From Daphnia carinata (lineage: Eukaryota), in contig NC_081332.1 in assembly GCF_022539665.2 (NCBI RefSeq), positions 2,294,001 through 2,358,000 on the forward strand: a DNA stretch of 64,000 nucleotides. Reading direction: 5' to 3'. The notes below the pieces were generated by a model, which saw only the letters and a list, made by a program, of their open reading frames with translations, was not told where the DNA came from and searched no databases. Positions 12,940 to 26,900 of the stretch are shown in pieces; position 1 is the stretch's first letter, and each line of letters begins with the position of its first letter. The position numbers and the translations under genes are program-made.

Positions 12940-13460
12940 ACCTTAAGCCCAATGTCAAAGAAACCCAATTTTCGTGATCAGTGATCAATTTCGAATCGAA
13001 ATAATGTGTGTTTAAGTAAATTTAGAATTTGCCGAAATTTGAAAAAGTGGGAAGGCTATAGCCTTCTTATTTTGACGAAAATCATAAAAAAGCGACATCT
13101 TTCAGGATTAATCAAAAATCACACAATAATCTTAAAATCGGACGCTTATACTAACTGGCGTGTTAGTTTTTCCTTTATTTATGAAGTTTTTGAATTATGC
13201 GCAATCAAAGTTGTTATAGCGCAACTACTTCAATATTTTAGATTACTCAAAAACCATAAATTCCACGCCAAATTAAATATCATTTACATTATTCTCGTTA
13301 AATTTGGAATCTAAATCGTGTATATTATTGATTATTGCGTTTTAAAAAAATTTTAAAGGAAAAGTCGGGCTTATTTTGTCGGGTTTAAAATTTCTGAAAA
13401 ATTGAAAAAGTGGGAAGCCTTCCCATTTTTGCAATGTTTGGTGAAAACCCAACTTTAGAT
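12940..13460. mobile_element. Probable decayed non-autonomous element between SMIM14 and DNAAF1
   Basis: Direct repeat ttgaaaaagtgggaag at ~13039 and ~13402, each running into a palindrome (13051-13066 GAAGGCTATAGCCTTC; 13411-13425 TGGGAAG-C-CTTCCCA). No transposase, TIR pair or TSD identified; boundaries approximate. Confidence 0.3.
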
Positions 13461-13759
13461 TAAAACACTTGGTTTCTGTTCGAAATTGAACGAGGAACAC
13501 GGAAAACAGGTTTGTTCTGAAGTGGGATCATACATTGTGAACCAGTAGTTTTCCTGATTGAGTGATAGGAATTCCTTAATGTTTAAAAAAAAAGCTAGAA
13601 AAAATAGGCTATTGTTAAAAAATGCGGAGTCGCGCATTTCAGGATTTTTCATTGGCTTTTCCCAAATCAAAAAGCGAATGCAGGAGTTATTGAATGTGTT
13701 GAATTTACATCTGTGTCAACCGTAAATCAAATGCATCAACATTTTTTATTGTTTTCCTT

Positions 13760-16221
13760 TCAAGCAAGATCTAAAAAAGTTATATCGCTTATATCAATTT
13801 GTTTTTGACCCAAGGATATAGAAGAACTCAAATGTTTTTTTCCGCTGTAATCTTCATGTTTAAATTTACCTGTGACGAATGCGCTTGTATAAGGTTATGT
13901 TTTATTTAGATATGTCATATAAAATGCACTAGATTACCTATTACATATACGTGCATTTCCAAATCTTCAACGTCCTTTTGACGTATTTTTTCTTCTTTCA
14001 TACCTTGCATTCCGGTTTTCATCCTATTCCGTCAAGCTAGTCATTATTCAGTTTATAGTATTTCAGCAAATAAATACTGTTTACCAGGCTTTTGCACAGA
14101 AGCGGTCGTTTTCCCGTATTGGTTTATCATCCAAAAATTTGAGATTTTTCTATCAAAATAATAGTCTTCAATTAAACAAATTTCGTGGCACTAATTTTTT
14201 AATGAAAACATTACACATTGCGTAGTTATCTCAGCACGATAGGATTCGAAATTCCTCACAAGGGGGTTTCCGTGTAAATACAGAACAGAGAGTTGACGGA
14301 TCCTGATGAGTAGTCTCAACATAGTTTGAGAATCTTTTAACATATTTCGAGATAAGTCAAGTGTGCTCAAGGATGTGCATCTTGCCAGCGAATCAATGCC
14401 AGAAGTATCCGATAACTTGTTGCTTCCAACGTATAGCGTTGTTAAATTCGGTAAAACTTCTAAAACAATAAATGCCGTATTATCAGGAAGCCATCATTAA
14501 TAAATTTGGTTGGAAAACGGAAATCTCAAATTTTGCTGCAGCTAACATGGTTCACCCTGGATAGATGATTCCTGACGAAACCTTACTGGATTCCATAACG
14601 ATTGTGTAAAGGCCTTATTTTTGGGAGCAGCATGGCAGTGGTCAACGTAAAATACAATTACTTCTGTCCAATTTCGAATACAATTTTGAATATTTCTGGG
14701 TTTGGGTGGGTTGGATGGGCTTTTCTGGGTAAACTAGGGCGCCCCGTCGTCGTTTTTTCAAAGCAGTGGAGCGCTCCAAAGCTTCAAATTCGATATTTTA
14801 TTTGAAATTCTATTAGTCCCATTATTTTTTTTATTGTATTCATTTTAAAAAAGAGCACATTTGCTTGTTTCGACAGTACTCTTCTTGCTTTTCTGCTACC
14901 ACACTGTTGGAAAGAAGTGAGCGGAAACTTATCCATGAAGATCCATACCCAGCGACAACACAAAATTCTAGCCGTATTTTCGAAGTTTGGACTCTTACGC
15001 TATGTAGCTCGGCCTGTATGATAATAGGCCTCATTTTTTTTCCTTGCGTGATCAGCGTTTAGAAAATGCTGTACGTTAACTTAGAATTGTTCATAAACAC
15101 CTACCTAATACATTCGTTTCCGTAAGTAAGTTATTTGAAACATCCAGGATGACTAGCTGTTCGAGGCATTCAATGCCTCGTAAATCCGTCAAACAATTAT
15201 TCCGGATAAAAAGACACTTCAGATTTTTCATATTATGTAGTCCAGTAATCTTTGTTATACAATTGTGATCTAACCAAAGAGATTTTAACCCAACATAGTC
15301 CTCCAGTAATTCGATAAATTTGAATCCTAAAAGTGAAATACAAAACATGATACACATGAATTTTAAACATTTAACCATGGCCTAGTGTGGTTAGTAGGTG
15401 AATAACTAAAAACTAGCATAGGTTAGGTTTTTAATGAATCACGCATCAAATTAACCCATTTTACCCTCCCGCATTTTGCCGCCTATCGTTCACAACTGCT
15501 TTAAATTAAAGGCTGCTTAAAAAAAGCTTTAACGATTTTCGCGACGCCCGGAACTAGTTATTATTAAAAAACCTTATTACAGCTAATACAAATCACTATT
15601 AGCAAAATATATATTTATTTCCACTTAATTATAGCTTCTTTGTATTCGAATACGTAATGTTAGGAAGTAATAGAAATTGCTATTTTCGGATCCTTTTCTC
15701 GCAGTTTGCAAATTGCGAATGAAGAAGCGCTATCTTTGTGCCAAAATGGTCGTTAGCCCAGAAAACCTGAACTCTAATTGCGCTGTGTTGCAGATTCTAT
15801 TTCGATTGTTCTATTACAAATTCTAGTTTTATTTGCTTTAAATCTTGACACAGTGTTATATCTTAACTTCTAGTAGTAAAAACGACCAGTTTGTGATACG
15901 AAGATGGCTAATTCGATGCTGAGCACCATTTTAAGTACAAAGTTTTCAATTTTTCTATCTTAAAGTTATAAAAGAGTTTTGTAGATATCGAGAAAATACC
16001 TTGATGCTGAAGGTACAATACTTCGTTCAGTTGGGGAGTCTGGTATAAGCCGTTTTTCCGACAGTGGTTGCGAAGCCATTTAGCTGTAATCCTGAAATTT
16101 TACGGTTTACTTTGAAAGTTATCATATCGTGCACTGCTAAAATGGTATAATTTGCTGATTACCGTGGAAATGTACTTTCGATGACTGAGGAATGCGAATC
16201 GATGCAATCCGTTTGTTCCAT
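13760..16221 (-). CDS. DNAAF1: Dynein axonemal assembly factor 1 (LRRC50)-like, ~292 aa. Exons 16221-16163, 16091-16000, 15326-15105, 14459-14215, 14149-14085, 14023-13938, 13869-13760
   Basis: [34 protein letters not shown]...LEDYVGLKSLWLDHNCI, SDS22-type LRRs and LRRcap (LYLHGNPLVRNFESYR...LKFLDDKPIRENDRFCAKAW). Minus-strand AATAAA lies just after the stop. The last exon is the least certain. Confidence 0.85.
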
Positions 16222-16422
16222 GACTTTTATTTACTTGATTCTTGGCTATTATTATCGACCAAACTGTTCTTCATAGGTTTCCCGTAAGGTGGCTGGCCCG
16301 TCACATTTCATGACGTGTCGCTGTCTTCGTATTTTGAATTGACGATTTGCTTTTTGACGAATTTTTTATTATTCGGTCTGCGGTACTCTAAAGTAATTAT
16401 TAATATTTCGTATTTGACAGTT
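16222..16422. promoter_or_regulatory. Very short head-to-head interval between DNAAF1 (-) and SCYL1 (+)
   Basis: Divergent ATGs at 16221 and 16423, with 201 bp between them. Confidence 0.55.
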
Positions 16423-19400
16423 ATGTGGTCATTTTTCAGTCGAGATCCTTCTAAAGAGTTCAATTATGAGATCCTGGAACAGGTCTCAGGGACAGAGGAA
16501 TATTTGTTATGGAAACTTCACAAAGGGAAGAAAAAGGTGAGAATTACACTTTAATAGGGCAATATTGTGATTTCAATTAACACCTTTCATCTGCATTTCA
16601 TCAGGGTACTGGTGAGTCTGTATCAGTATTCATCCTGGATGCAAAAACAAATGGAAGTGACACACAGATAGAGCTTGCCAAATCAGCTCTGAAAAGGCTA
16701 AAAACTCTTCGTCATCCTAACATTCTCACTTACATAGACAGCCTGGAGGTTAACAAAGCTTTTAAAAATCATATTTTGGTTTGCACTGATTTTAGTCTGC
16801 ATTTCAGACAGAAAAATGTTTATATTTAGTAACTGAGTATGTAGAACCCTTGCAGTTCCATTTGAACAGTTACTCTACTGATTTTCCTAAATCAAAACAA
16901 CAAAAAGAGTTATTCATAGCATGGGGACTTTTTCAAGTGGTGGTAAGGTGTTTGAATGGAAACAAAAGAAGCAATGATTTAACAGTTTTATCATTAGCGT
17001 GCTTTGAAATTTTTGAATAACGATGGGAACCTGCAACACAATTCCATTTGCCTTGGCAATATACTTGTAAACACTGCAGGAGGTGAGATACTCTATTATT
17101 ATATTTTTAATGGATTGTTATTTTCTGGCTTTTAATGTTTGATCTGCTTACTTTTTGTACAGAATGGAAGCTTGGAGGTTTTGAAAATGCAACACCATCA
17201 TCCCTTATGAATTCCTTACCAATCAAAATATTGCCATCCTTTGAAAAGTATGACCCACCAGAGAAAGTAGATTCATCTAAACTCAAATCTGCGACAAAAT
17301 GGTATACCTCTTTTGTTGTTAATATCTCTACTCATATTGAACCTTCCACAACTTGTAATCTCCATGCCCATTAAGGTCTGCTGATATGTGGGGGTTTGGG
17401 TGCCTTATTTGGGAAGTATTCAATGGTTCACTTAAATCCTCTTCTTCATTGAAAGCAATAGGCAATGTAAGTACATCTTTAAATTCATGCATTTGTCATT
17501 ATAATTTTTTGCATGCTAAGAAGCTAACTTAGTATTTTTTTGTGTGCAGATTCCAAAGCAGTTGGCATCGGTTTATTGTGAACTTGTTGGAGCAAATCCA
17601 AGTTCGCGTCCGAATCCGAGCGATGTCCTTATCATTTGTCGAAAGTCCGGAGGTTATTTTCATAATGATTTAGTTGAATGTCTTCTATTCCTGGAGGAGA
17701 TACAAATTAAGGAAAACACTGAAAAAGCACAGTTTTTCAATAAGTTACCTTCACTTTTAGACAGCTTCCCAGAGAACTTATCTAGGTAAACTGTTTTCAA
17801 AAACGGAAAAAAAAATCTAAATATACAATCAACATCCTTAATTTACAACAGGCATAAAGTTTTGCCTCAACTTATCAATGCCTTTGAATTTGGTAATGCT
17901 GGGGCAGCTATCCTTACACCTCTGTTTAAGGTAACATCAGAATTTTTTTCTACCTTGTAGTGGGCTGTTTAACGATACATGTCTTTCCAGTTAGGGAGCC
18001 TTCTAAGTGAAGATGAATACCAAAAAAAAATTGTTCCGTGCGTTGTCAAGTTATTTTCGTCACCAGACAGAGCAACGCGAGTGCGATTGTTGCAGCAATT
18101 GGAACAATTTTCAACGCATCTTCTACCTGTTACTGTGAATGAACACATCTTTCCACACATTTTGAGTGGTTTCACAGATTCGAATCCAGTTATTAGGGAG
18201 CACACTGTCAAGGTATTCTATGGATCTCATATGCCCATTCTTTGTTCATAACATCAGGCTTGTTTTTGGTATTCGGACGATGGCCATCCTGTAGTCAATT
18301 ATGTTTCTAGCGCCAAAGTTAAATTATAATAATTTGAATGTGGAAGTTCTTAAACACTTTGCCAGACTGCAATCGAAAGATGAACAGGTATTTTTGCTTT
18401 CCTTTTGCAACCATTATAATAAATTACCCCTTTAACAATTCCTTTTCTCATCACCTAAAGGGAGGTATTCGTACCAATACAACTGTCTGCCTTGGAAAAG
18501 TCGCTTCTTTTTTGCATCCGCAAGTAAGGCAGAAAGTTCTGGTTTCAGCCTTTACTAGGGCTCTGAGAGACCCATTTCCCCCAGCTCGAATAGGAGGTAA
18601 AATTCAACAAAAATTATCATTTAAAATTAGGCACAGTAAAACAACAAAGGAATCTCCTTTTTATTTTTTTAGGCATATTAGCATTGGCTGCCACCCAACA
18701 ATATTATCTACTGAGCCAAATATCCCATCAAGTTTTGCCTGCTATGTGCGTACTGATGGGTGATCCTGAAAGAGAAGTGCGCGATCAAGCCTTTAAAGTC
18801 ATTAAAGGCTTTATTTCGAAATTGGAAAAAGTATCTGAAGATCCGTCTCTGCGGGAGTGCATGGGTACAGCTCTTGATAGATACATATATTTTTCTTTCC
18901 GTTTTCCTAACATCGTTGGTCAATTATAATTCTGCCGTTGGTTATGATAGAGGCGGATGTCAATGCAAACGCCAGCCCAAATGTAACAGATATGGCGTCT
19001 ACGTGGGCTGGATGGGCCGTCAGCGCAGTCACATCAAAATTCTATAAATCCCAAGGCAGCCAGTTACCTGATCAAGGATCTTCATTGCCAGCCGGCAGTC
19101 AAACAACAACGGGTGCGCGGAATCCATCTGCAGTTGAAACTACTGTTGAAACAAGAAAACGCCCTGATTCTGAATCTAATGAGGATTCTGTACAATGGGG
19201 AAACATCAATGTGCGTACATGCAATTTTAAGAGTTAATGTTTTTTGTTTTTTTTTACATCGTTTAACTATTTTTCTTTTGTAGGAACTTTCCTTAACCAG
19301 CAATACCGTGGATGATAAGGAAGACGGCGACGGATGGGATATTCAAGAAGATTGGGCTCCAATAGAAAATTTCGAACAAGAATCTTTTGCGACAAAGGCC

Positions 19401-19931
19401 ACCAACATACGTGAGAAAGCTTCGGTACCCATGGTAAAAACATTTCTGTTCTGTTTTCGGTGTAGTATCGTCCACAAAAAAAAATCCATTTGGGTATTCA
19501 ATTGATTTCAAGATTCGTTTTCACCGAATGGGATTAAGGGAGATCTGTAATAATCAATTCAAAATGCGGTTGGCGATCCTTTGGACGAATTCTCCTTGGC
19601 AAAACACGTTAATGAAGTATTTCTTTTTCAATAGAATACAAACCCAGAGAATGATGAAGGTGCTTGGGAAAGTACGTGGAACACCAACAACTGGTCTACT
19701 TCAGAAGGCAATGGTACGCAATTTCATTTACAATGTTAAGATTTTAGTCTGTTATTTAACGACTCGCGACTCACTTTTCGTTCGTAATCGTGTTCTTTAG
19801 ATAAAGACGAGTCTCGAAAGAAACGCGAAGAAAAGCGCATTCTAAGGCAAAAAGAAATTGAAGCCAAACGTAGTGCACGCCAAGGAGCTAGCAGTGGAGG
19901 AGCATTAAAATTAGGTGGCAAAAGAATGTAA
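16423..19931 (+). CDS. SCYL1: SCY1-like pseudokinase 1 (N-terminal kinase-like, yata orthologue). 16 coding exons: 16423-16536, 16605-16748, 16808-16942, 16998-17082, 17163-17301, 17376-17466, 17550-17785, 17852-17930, 17991-18211, 18295-18387, 18461-18596, 18673-18864, 18951-19210, 19284-19433, 19634-19713, 19801-19931
   Basis: MWSFFSRDP start, [13 protein letters not shown] pseudokinase, GEWKLGG, HEAT region ([24 protein letters not shown]), [14 protein letters not shown] motif and C-terminal coiled coil ending [10 protein letters not shown]. Confidence 0.93.
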
Positions 19932-22900
19932 AACATCTGACCGATTCCAACTTACTATTTTTCATCTGGACGTTGTGCGTTTAAAAGTGAATGTATAATT
20001 ATAAAAGCTGTGGGAAATTGACTAATGCTTTGTCCAAATTCCGGGAGTCAAACTCCCGGATTGAGGGAAGTGGCGTTCGCAAACCGAGCAACTCAAATTG
20101 CTTGTTATGACCATCGTGTTGCTTTCCCCTTCCTGGAATTTAGCTTAATGCACACGAAGTGTAATGTGTGTGCTGTATAGTACATGTGAATTCTTTTCAA
20201 ACTTTTCTAAACACTAACTTTAATCGTCAAATGCCATCAATTCAGCATGTAGAAGTCTCATCATTTTTCCTTTTCTACCACTGCTTAACTTGCTATTTTT
20301 CCTGCACAGTTATAGCGAGAAACAACATAGATTATGTATGAGTGTCCTTTGCTCTGCGAATCTGAAAATAGTTGTCTTCGATGTACGCAATACGCAAGGC
20401 CAGGTTTTTTTCAGGTAAATTGAGTTATTTTCCACTCCGAGTCTGAGTGTCCTATATATACTCCATAGTGCCTTTGTATCCGTATTCAAGCTTGTTCGTT
20501 CTACGAAAGCAATAGGAATTGTTTAATAAAAATCGTTTTAGCCGTACACCCTGGAAACGCCAATTCAAACATACAATTTGATATTCAAATTAGAACATCG
20601 GTATACTTAGGCTACATACTGAAGAGATTCAAAGTTCTATGCACGTTTACGAAAAGCTTAGGCCAAATACAAAATAAAAATTCACAAGCTTAGCAGTGGA
20701 GTCTCGTTGTTCTTTAGTTATTCCCATCTAATGTAACTGCATACATTTTAATGGATTAAATGCTAAGAAAATCTGACGGCTTTGATATAAAATGTTGTGA
20801 AAGCAGATTGATGTTCTTTACACGATGCTAGCAGACGACCCCAGAGTCAAGTTGTGCATGCAAAAGAACTCATTTTCTCACGAGGAACGAGCAACCCAAC
20901 GGTCAGTTTTAGCGAGACGTCGGGAAATGAAAGGCGTGCAACGTGACTTGATTCATGTATGTAATCAAAGGAAAAAGCAGACTTTAGAATAAACCCAACA
21001 TGATTCTCATTCTTTCTCGACCCAGTTCCTCTCGGGCTTCACTGCTATTGAGCTATTCATTGGTCGCCATTTTCAGCCCGTGCTGGTGAACAAGTACGCA
21101 ACCGTAGAGCGATGGTGAAATTCCCATTATTATTTTTTTTTTAAGAGCACATCATGTGACATGTTCACCCCACTCACGTATGCGTGAAATGGGTTTACGA
21201 AGATATGATTATGATGGAACTGTAACGCCGGAAGCTATACTATCCGCCATCAGCAGCACACCGTCTCAAGTAGATTTATAAAAATCAAGGATAACGAATT
21301 GACCATCTGCTATAAAAACAATTTTCGTAAAAAAAGAAAAAATAAATTGAACCAGATGCAAAACGAAAATTATTGATGACGTTGATTTTCACGCTGGCGT
21401 TCTTTTCTCAACTTTTTAGGGGGGACGATGAGTGCTGGATAAAGGGATTTCATTTTATTCTGTTTTTCTTATGAGCAGGGGAGGAAGGGGGGGGGTGACG
21501 CTAAGGGTGCCACATCATTTGACGAAAGGGCAGTGTGATCTTTTAGCCGCGTTGTGTAAGGGATGAAGGAAATGATGAAGGCGAAAGAGCCGAAAGGGAG
21601 GGGTCCGGTAGGTTGTGTCCAGTATAGCCGATCAATACCCCACACACTCTGTACTCTTATCTACTCTAAATCTTCATTTTAGAATTGGTTCTACGTTTCT
21701 ATCGTCTATTCCCAGTTCTTTTCGATTTGTCGCCTTACATTTCTTACATTTTCGGCTATCGTTTTGCATTGCACCAGCGTTGCGTTTTATGGACCGTGTT
21801 CCATTATTTGAGATACCGGCCATGACGTCACATCCGTATCACCAAACCGGCTAGATTTGTAGTTGTTGTTTTTTTTTTTTTTAAATAGTTGCACAGAAAT
21901 CGGAGAATGGACAGTTCGTTATTTATCTTGTTAAAAAAGAAACGAAAATTTTCATTTTGTAACGCGTACAGGAATACGAGTGATATGCGTGATTACCCAA
22001 CATATAGAATTTTGTTTTTCGTTTGTTATCAGCTACACGTGGAGAGACTGATAATGTTAAGCACGTAGCGTATTGTAATTCTGATTTGGCGTGCCATGTG
22101 AATCGCCGCTTTCGATAGTTCAACGGGGTTTTAGTTCTTAATATTTTTTTGTTCTTGATGTGCATGGGTATGCCTCCTGAATATCTATAGTACATCATCT
22201 GTTGTTGAACGTTCGGTCAGTTGCTTCGATTAGCGGCAGAGCGAGAATGAATCAGCGAGAACGACAACACATTTGATGTTAAACAATTATGGACTAACTC
22301 GTGAATAGTTTCGTCTTCATTGAATTGATGTCTGGACTCCGATTTTGGTGAGTCCATTTTTTTTTCAGAATTATTTCCAAAAACGCCGAGATTTTTTTTT
22401 GAATGTCCCAACAAAATGTCGCATTCTATAGCTAAGCCGAACTGCACAAAATCACGATGTTAGATTGTATTCAGTTATGTTGCGTAATCATCAGCAATCA
22501 AATATGTATATTATTTCAGCGTTTTTGATCTACGCATTGTCCTCATCACGTAGACGTGTATCAAATGTGGACTCAGAGATCGCCGAGTTTTCTAACGCAT
22601 AAAGGCAAATCATTGTACAACACACAATGTGTATTCAAAACACGCCTTTTGCCTACCCATTGGAGTTGCTTACATTTCGAAAAAGAGCCGACAAAAGTCT
22701 ACATTTAAGCTTATTTTTTTTACGTTCAATTTGAGATTCTTACGTATATATGTTGAAAAAAGATGTCACCTATATAATTTAACCCGGCTGACCAAGAGAC
22801 TGCACCCAGCATATATATTTGGTCAACAACTTATTTAATTCTGTTCAACCTCCCCGCTAACCCATCACGATTGTTGTCCTTTTTTTTTCTTTTCTTTTCG

Positions 22901-23887
22901 AAGAACATACGGAAGGGACGAAATGTCATCAAATCAACCACTTTTGCTGACTTGACTCTTCTAGTCTATACTTTGGGTCCGGGATGGTGATTGTGCCTGT
23001 ATTTTTTTTTTTTTTTTTATTTTATCGGACTTCCCCATGCGCGAGGCTTCTTCATTGTTTGCGTTTTAATTCGATCGGGGAATTCGATCTCCCCCCCTTC
23101 TTTTTGCTCCGTGCCCGACTTCCCTTTTAGTTTTCTCGTTGTTCTTCCCCTCTCCTGGTTCCAACGACTGTTGACTTATCTGTCGCAACCAGGCGCCTAT
23201 ATAATTTTCTTTTTCCTTTTTACTACAGATGGTAAAAGTCAAGACCAAAAAAACAAAAAAAAAAAAAGTCTTGGTGAGCTAGTCGATATATATATGTTCA
23301 TTCTTTTTTTTTCTCCCCCAAACGTAATAGACCTAGTTTGGCTTACATAAACCTCATCATTTATCTTTCTTTCTTTCCCATTTTATTTTATTTATTAACG
23401 CATTTATTTATTTTTCTTTTTGGCTTCTTAAAAATGAATTTTTATAGCCTTTATAGTCATAACTCCACGTTCCATATTGCGATCGCATAAGCAGTGCATC
23501 TAACTGGTAGGCCTAATCGATTCGAAGAAAACACAATTTTTCACGGGGACGGTAGCAGATCTGAGCAATAAAAACTTACTCAAATAATTAAGACAAAAGA
23601 GCACTTCTAAAAGGGAGGGGAGAAAAAAATTAGGAAGCGATCACGGTGGATGTCGTGTACCGAGTGTTGATCAATTGCAAAACCACCAATTGATGGTATT
23701 AGGGCAGCTGCGTGAACGACTTAAAGGAGATGAGATAAAAGAAAAACAAAAAGAGGCAAAAAAACAAGCGTTGTTATACACTGTATTTATTAATTGGTGT
23801 AGCATATATAGGAATGGAGCGTCCTTAATTTCCTGTTTGGGCTAACAAACAAAAAAAAAAATTCTCATCTCTTTCCATTTGTTTAGC

Positions 23888-23892
<5 letters not shown>

Positions 23893-23924
<32 letters not shown>
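23893..23924. repeat. (CT)n microsatellite followed by poly-T; one of many CT/GA, CA/TG, TA and homopolymer tracts between 21 and 64 kb
   Basis: Read directly from the sequence. Confidence 0.9.
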
Positions 23925-23932
<8 letters not shown>

Positions 23933-26900
23933 TTTTTGTTTTTTTTTGCTTGGATGCGGATAATTCCAAATCGGTTTTCCGGTTGCTCGTTAAAGGTCTT
24001 TGTCGTTGGTCTTGTTAAACCCCTATCCACCCGAAGAAAAACAAAAAGAAAAAAACTTGTTCGGACAATGTCTTATAACTGCGTCACGAGTGCTTTTCTG
24101 TAACTATAATTGATCACTCAATCAACGATATATATATATATAAGCTTGTTGCGTTTATTTGTCGGATTAAGGCTTAACCATTCAAATCTTTTGAATACAG
24201 TATATATACGTGTATTTATGTGACCTGTTGAAAACAGGCCGAAAAGAAATGCCTTTGGTAATTCGTTTCAGTTTGTATTTAAAATTTTAAGAATTCGAAT
24301 TTTCCTCGTGCGCTTCGCACGAATTATGATATATATGATGCGTCGCTGTTTTGGGTTCACAAGTTCACATTGTTGATCGACCGAAGGTTATTAAAAAATT
24401 TTTTTTTGTGTGTGTTTGTGATGATCGAAGTCTTAATAAAAATGCCGTGCAACATGGCCAGATCATCTGCTGCATTTCCCTCCGATGAAAATTTGATGCA
24501 TTACATTTTTGATCGCCGATGCGCATCGCCGTTGCTAAATGTATTAATGTCTCTGATTATTGATGTATATTTATTGAAGTTATTTAGATTTATAGTCATT
24601 GATCTTGATATATACATTTGTGCGTCCTCATAATCGATGGTTGCCGAGAGCAAACGAGAAAGGGCCTCAACGTGACTCGTTTTTGTTTTGTTTTTCTCAT
24701 CTCAATTGCAAGACACACACACGAATTTGTAGGTTTTACCGGTAATTGCTCAGTAAATCATCCAACTATAAATCAAAATGATACGCGGCAAGCCAGCAGT
24801 GTTTGATATTTTCCCCGCAATAGCGAAACCTAAAATTCTTTATATTCGATGTGAAAAAAAGAAACACACAGAAACAAACACGTTGAACAAATGTGTTTCT
24901 GGCTGCAACCACAAGCGATAAAAAAATGAAAATTCTGGCTGGATTAGAGTATTATTAGAACTCTACCGTGATCGATGTATTTTTTCATTTTTTTTATTTT
25001 TTTTTTTTTTTATTTTATTTTCTTAAATAATAGATCAACATACCTTATACCCTCGCTAAAATGTAGAGGCATATACAATATTACAGCGCACGTATATAAA
25101 CCTCGTTTTGTGGTGCGATATACAACGAGGATGATTTGCAACTCATTTAGCAACATTTCGCTGTATTTTCGTCCGGGCATAAACAAACGCCCTTATACGT
25201 ACGTGTTATGTTTACCTTTTATAGAAAAAAAAAACAAAACAAACGAACAGATGCTGTTTCTTAGATAGCCAAACATTTCGGTTGGCATAATGCAAAATAA
25301 TGAATATCATATCACGAACTGCAGTCAGATTTTTTTTTTCACGTTGCTCTTGTGATCGGACGCGTATATAAATAAAGCCCAAAGAAATCCACGCGATTCA
25401 CGTCGGAAATATTTCTGCGTTTACATCAGTAAATACCCCATTCGCTTTCGCCTGAAAAAGGAAGGCCCTTATACGATAATGCTTTTAAGTCAATAAAAAC
25501 GTATTGCGTGTGTGTGTGTGTGCGTCCATCGAGTACATACGAAGGTGTACGGAAAGTCGGATTCGTTTATTGATGGAACTCCCCCCCCCCCCCTTCTTTT
25601 TTTGTGCCTCGATTGCTATTTTTCTTTACATATACGCGCGTATGTACATGGGGGGATAATATGACATGCAGTGTTCACAAAAATCGTGCATAGCGTGTTT
25701 GCTTTAGTGGGTCGACCCGCTGCGAAAGACCAGATTTTGTTTTGAATTTTTGTTTTGTATTTTTTTATCCGCCCGATTACCATGTAGAAGACGTTGCTGA
25801 GGCTCCGTTTTGAATTAGGTTGCACCTACTGGAATATAATCATCCGAGCCTGCGTAACACTTGCTTTTATTTTGCGCTCTCTCGTCGATGAGAGTGTATT
25901 TGGTAACGTTATGCTCTTCCAAGTATAAATAACGTAAAATCAACGGATGTTGTACAGAGCAAATACATTCGATGCTGGACTTGTTTTCTGCGATAAAAGA
26001 ATACGGCCAACCTATACGCATTTTGTTGTTTGATTTTTTTCCCCCCTCTGTTTTAGGTTCAGAGATTTGATATTTTTTGAACGATAAACTCAAGAGTTTC
26101 AACGGCGTTCGTTATTGTCTTGATTTTTACATAATAATCGATTGCATTTTATTTTTGTACACCTTTTCGCATAGGATTATCACAGTTTTTAAGAGTTTGG
26201 CCGAAAACAACAGCGTCCAGATAACGTAGACACTCATTTCTTTTGAGCGCGAGATTCATTGATCAATTGTGGCCGCATTATATACAAAGACATGCGAAGG
26301 AAAGTGAGAGGGGTCAAGAACTTTCTTATTTCGGGATAATGTACATGTTGTCTTATTATTAGCTTATACGTCTTATTATTACCAGCTTTCTATACGTTAT
26401 ATGCCACACGCAGCACTGTTTGGCGTATACAGCTAACTTCTTCTTTTGCCTTTACCCATTTTTCGGAGCAATCTTAATTTAATGAGTTTGTCTTGTCGAC
26501 CTCTAGATATCTACTCGTATATTAATTCCCATTGGTTATACGTTTAGGGAAAACCAACTGTACACGACAACCCTCTTACGGACTCGGTCCTACAGATGAC
26601 CAAGTTTCTATTTCCCGGCTAGTTGGGGGGGATAAGTTATCATTTTTAAATCATCGAGTAGCTATACGTAACAATCTTAGTACACTAACAATCAGAATTT
26701 TCTATTGGATTTTCTATAGCAAATGCATTTCTTTTTGAAAAACGTCGTTTCATTTTTGGGCAAATTCCATCACCGAATTTCAGGCTTTTTATCTTTTTTT
26801 TTTACCGTTTACAATAACGAATAGATTTAACATCTTAGTCTCTCTTTTTTTTTAATAAGAAAAGAAATGTTTAACTACTATAGACTGTGAATGATTTTCA

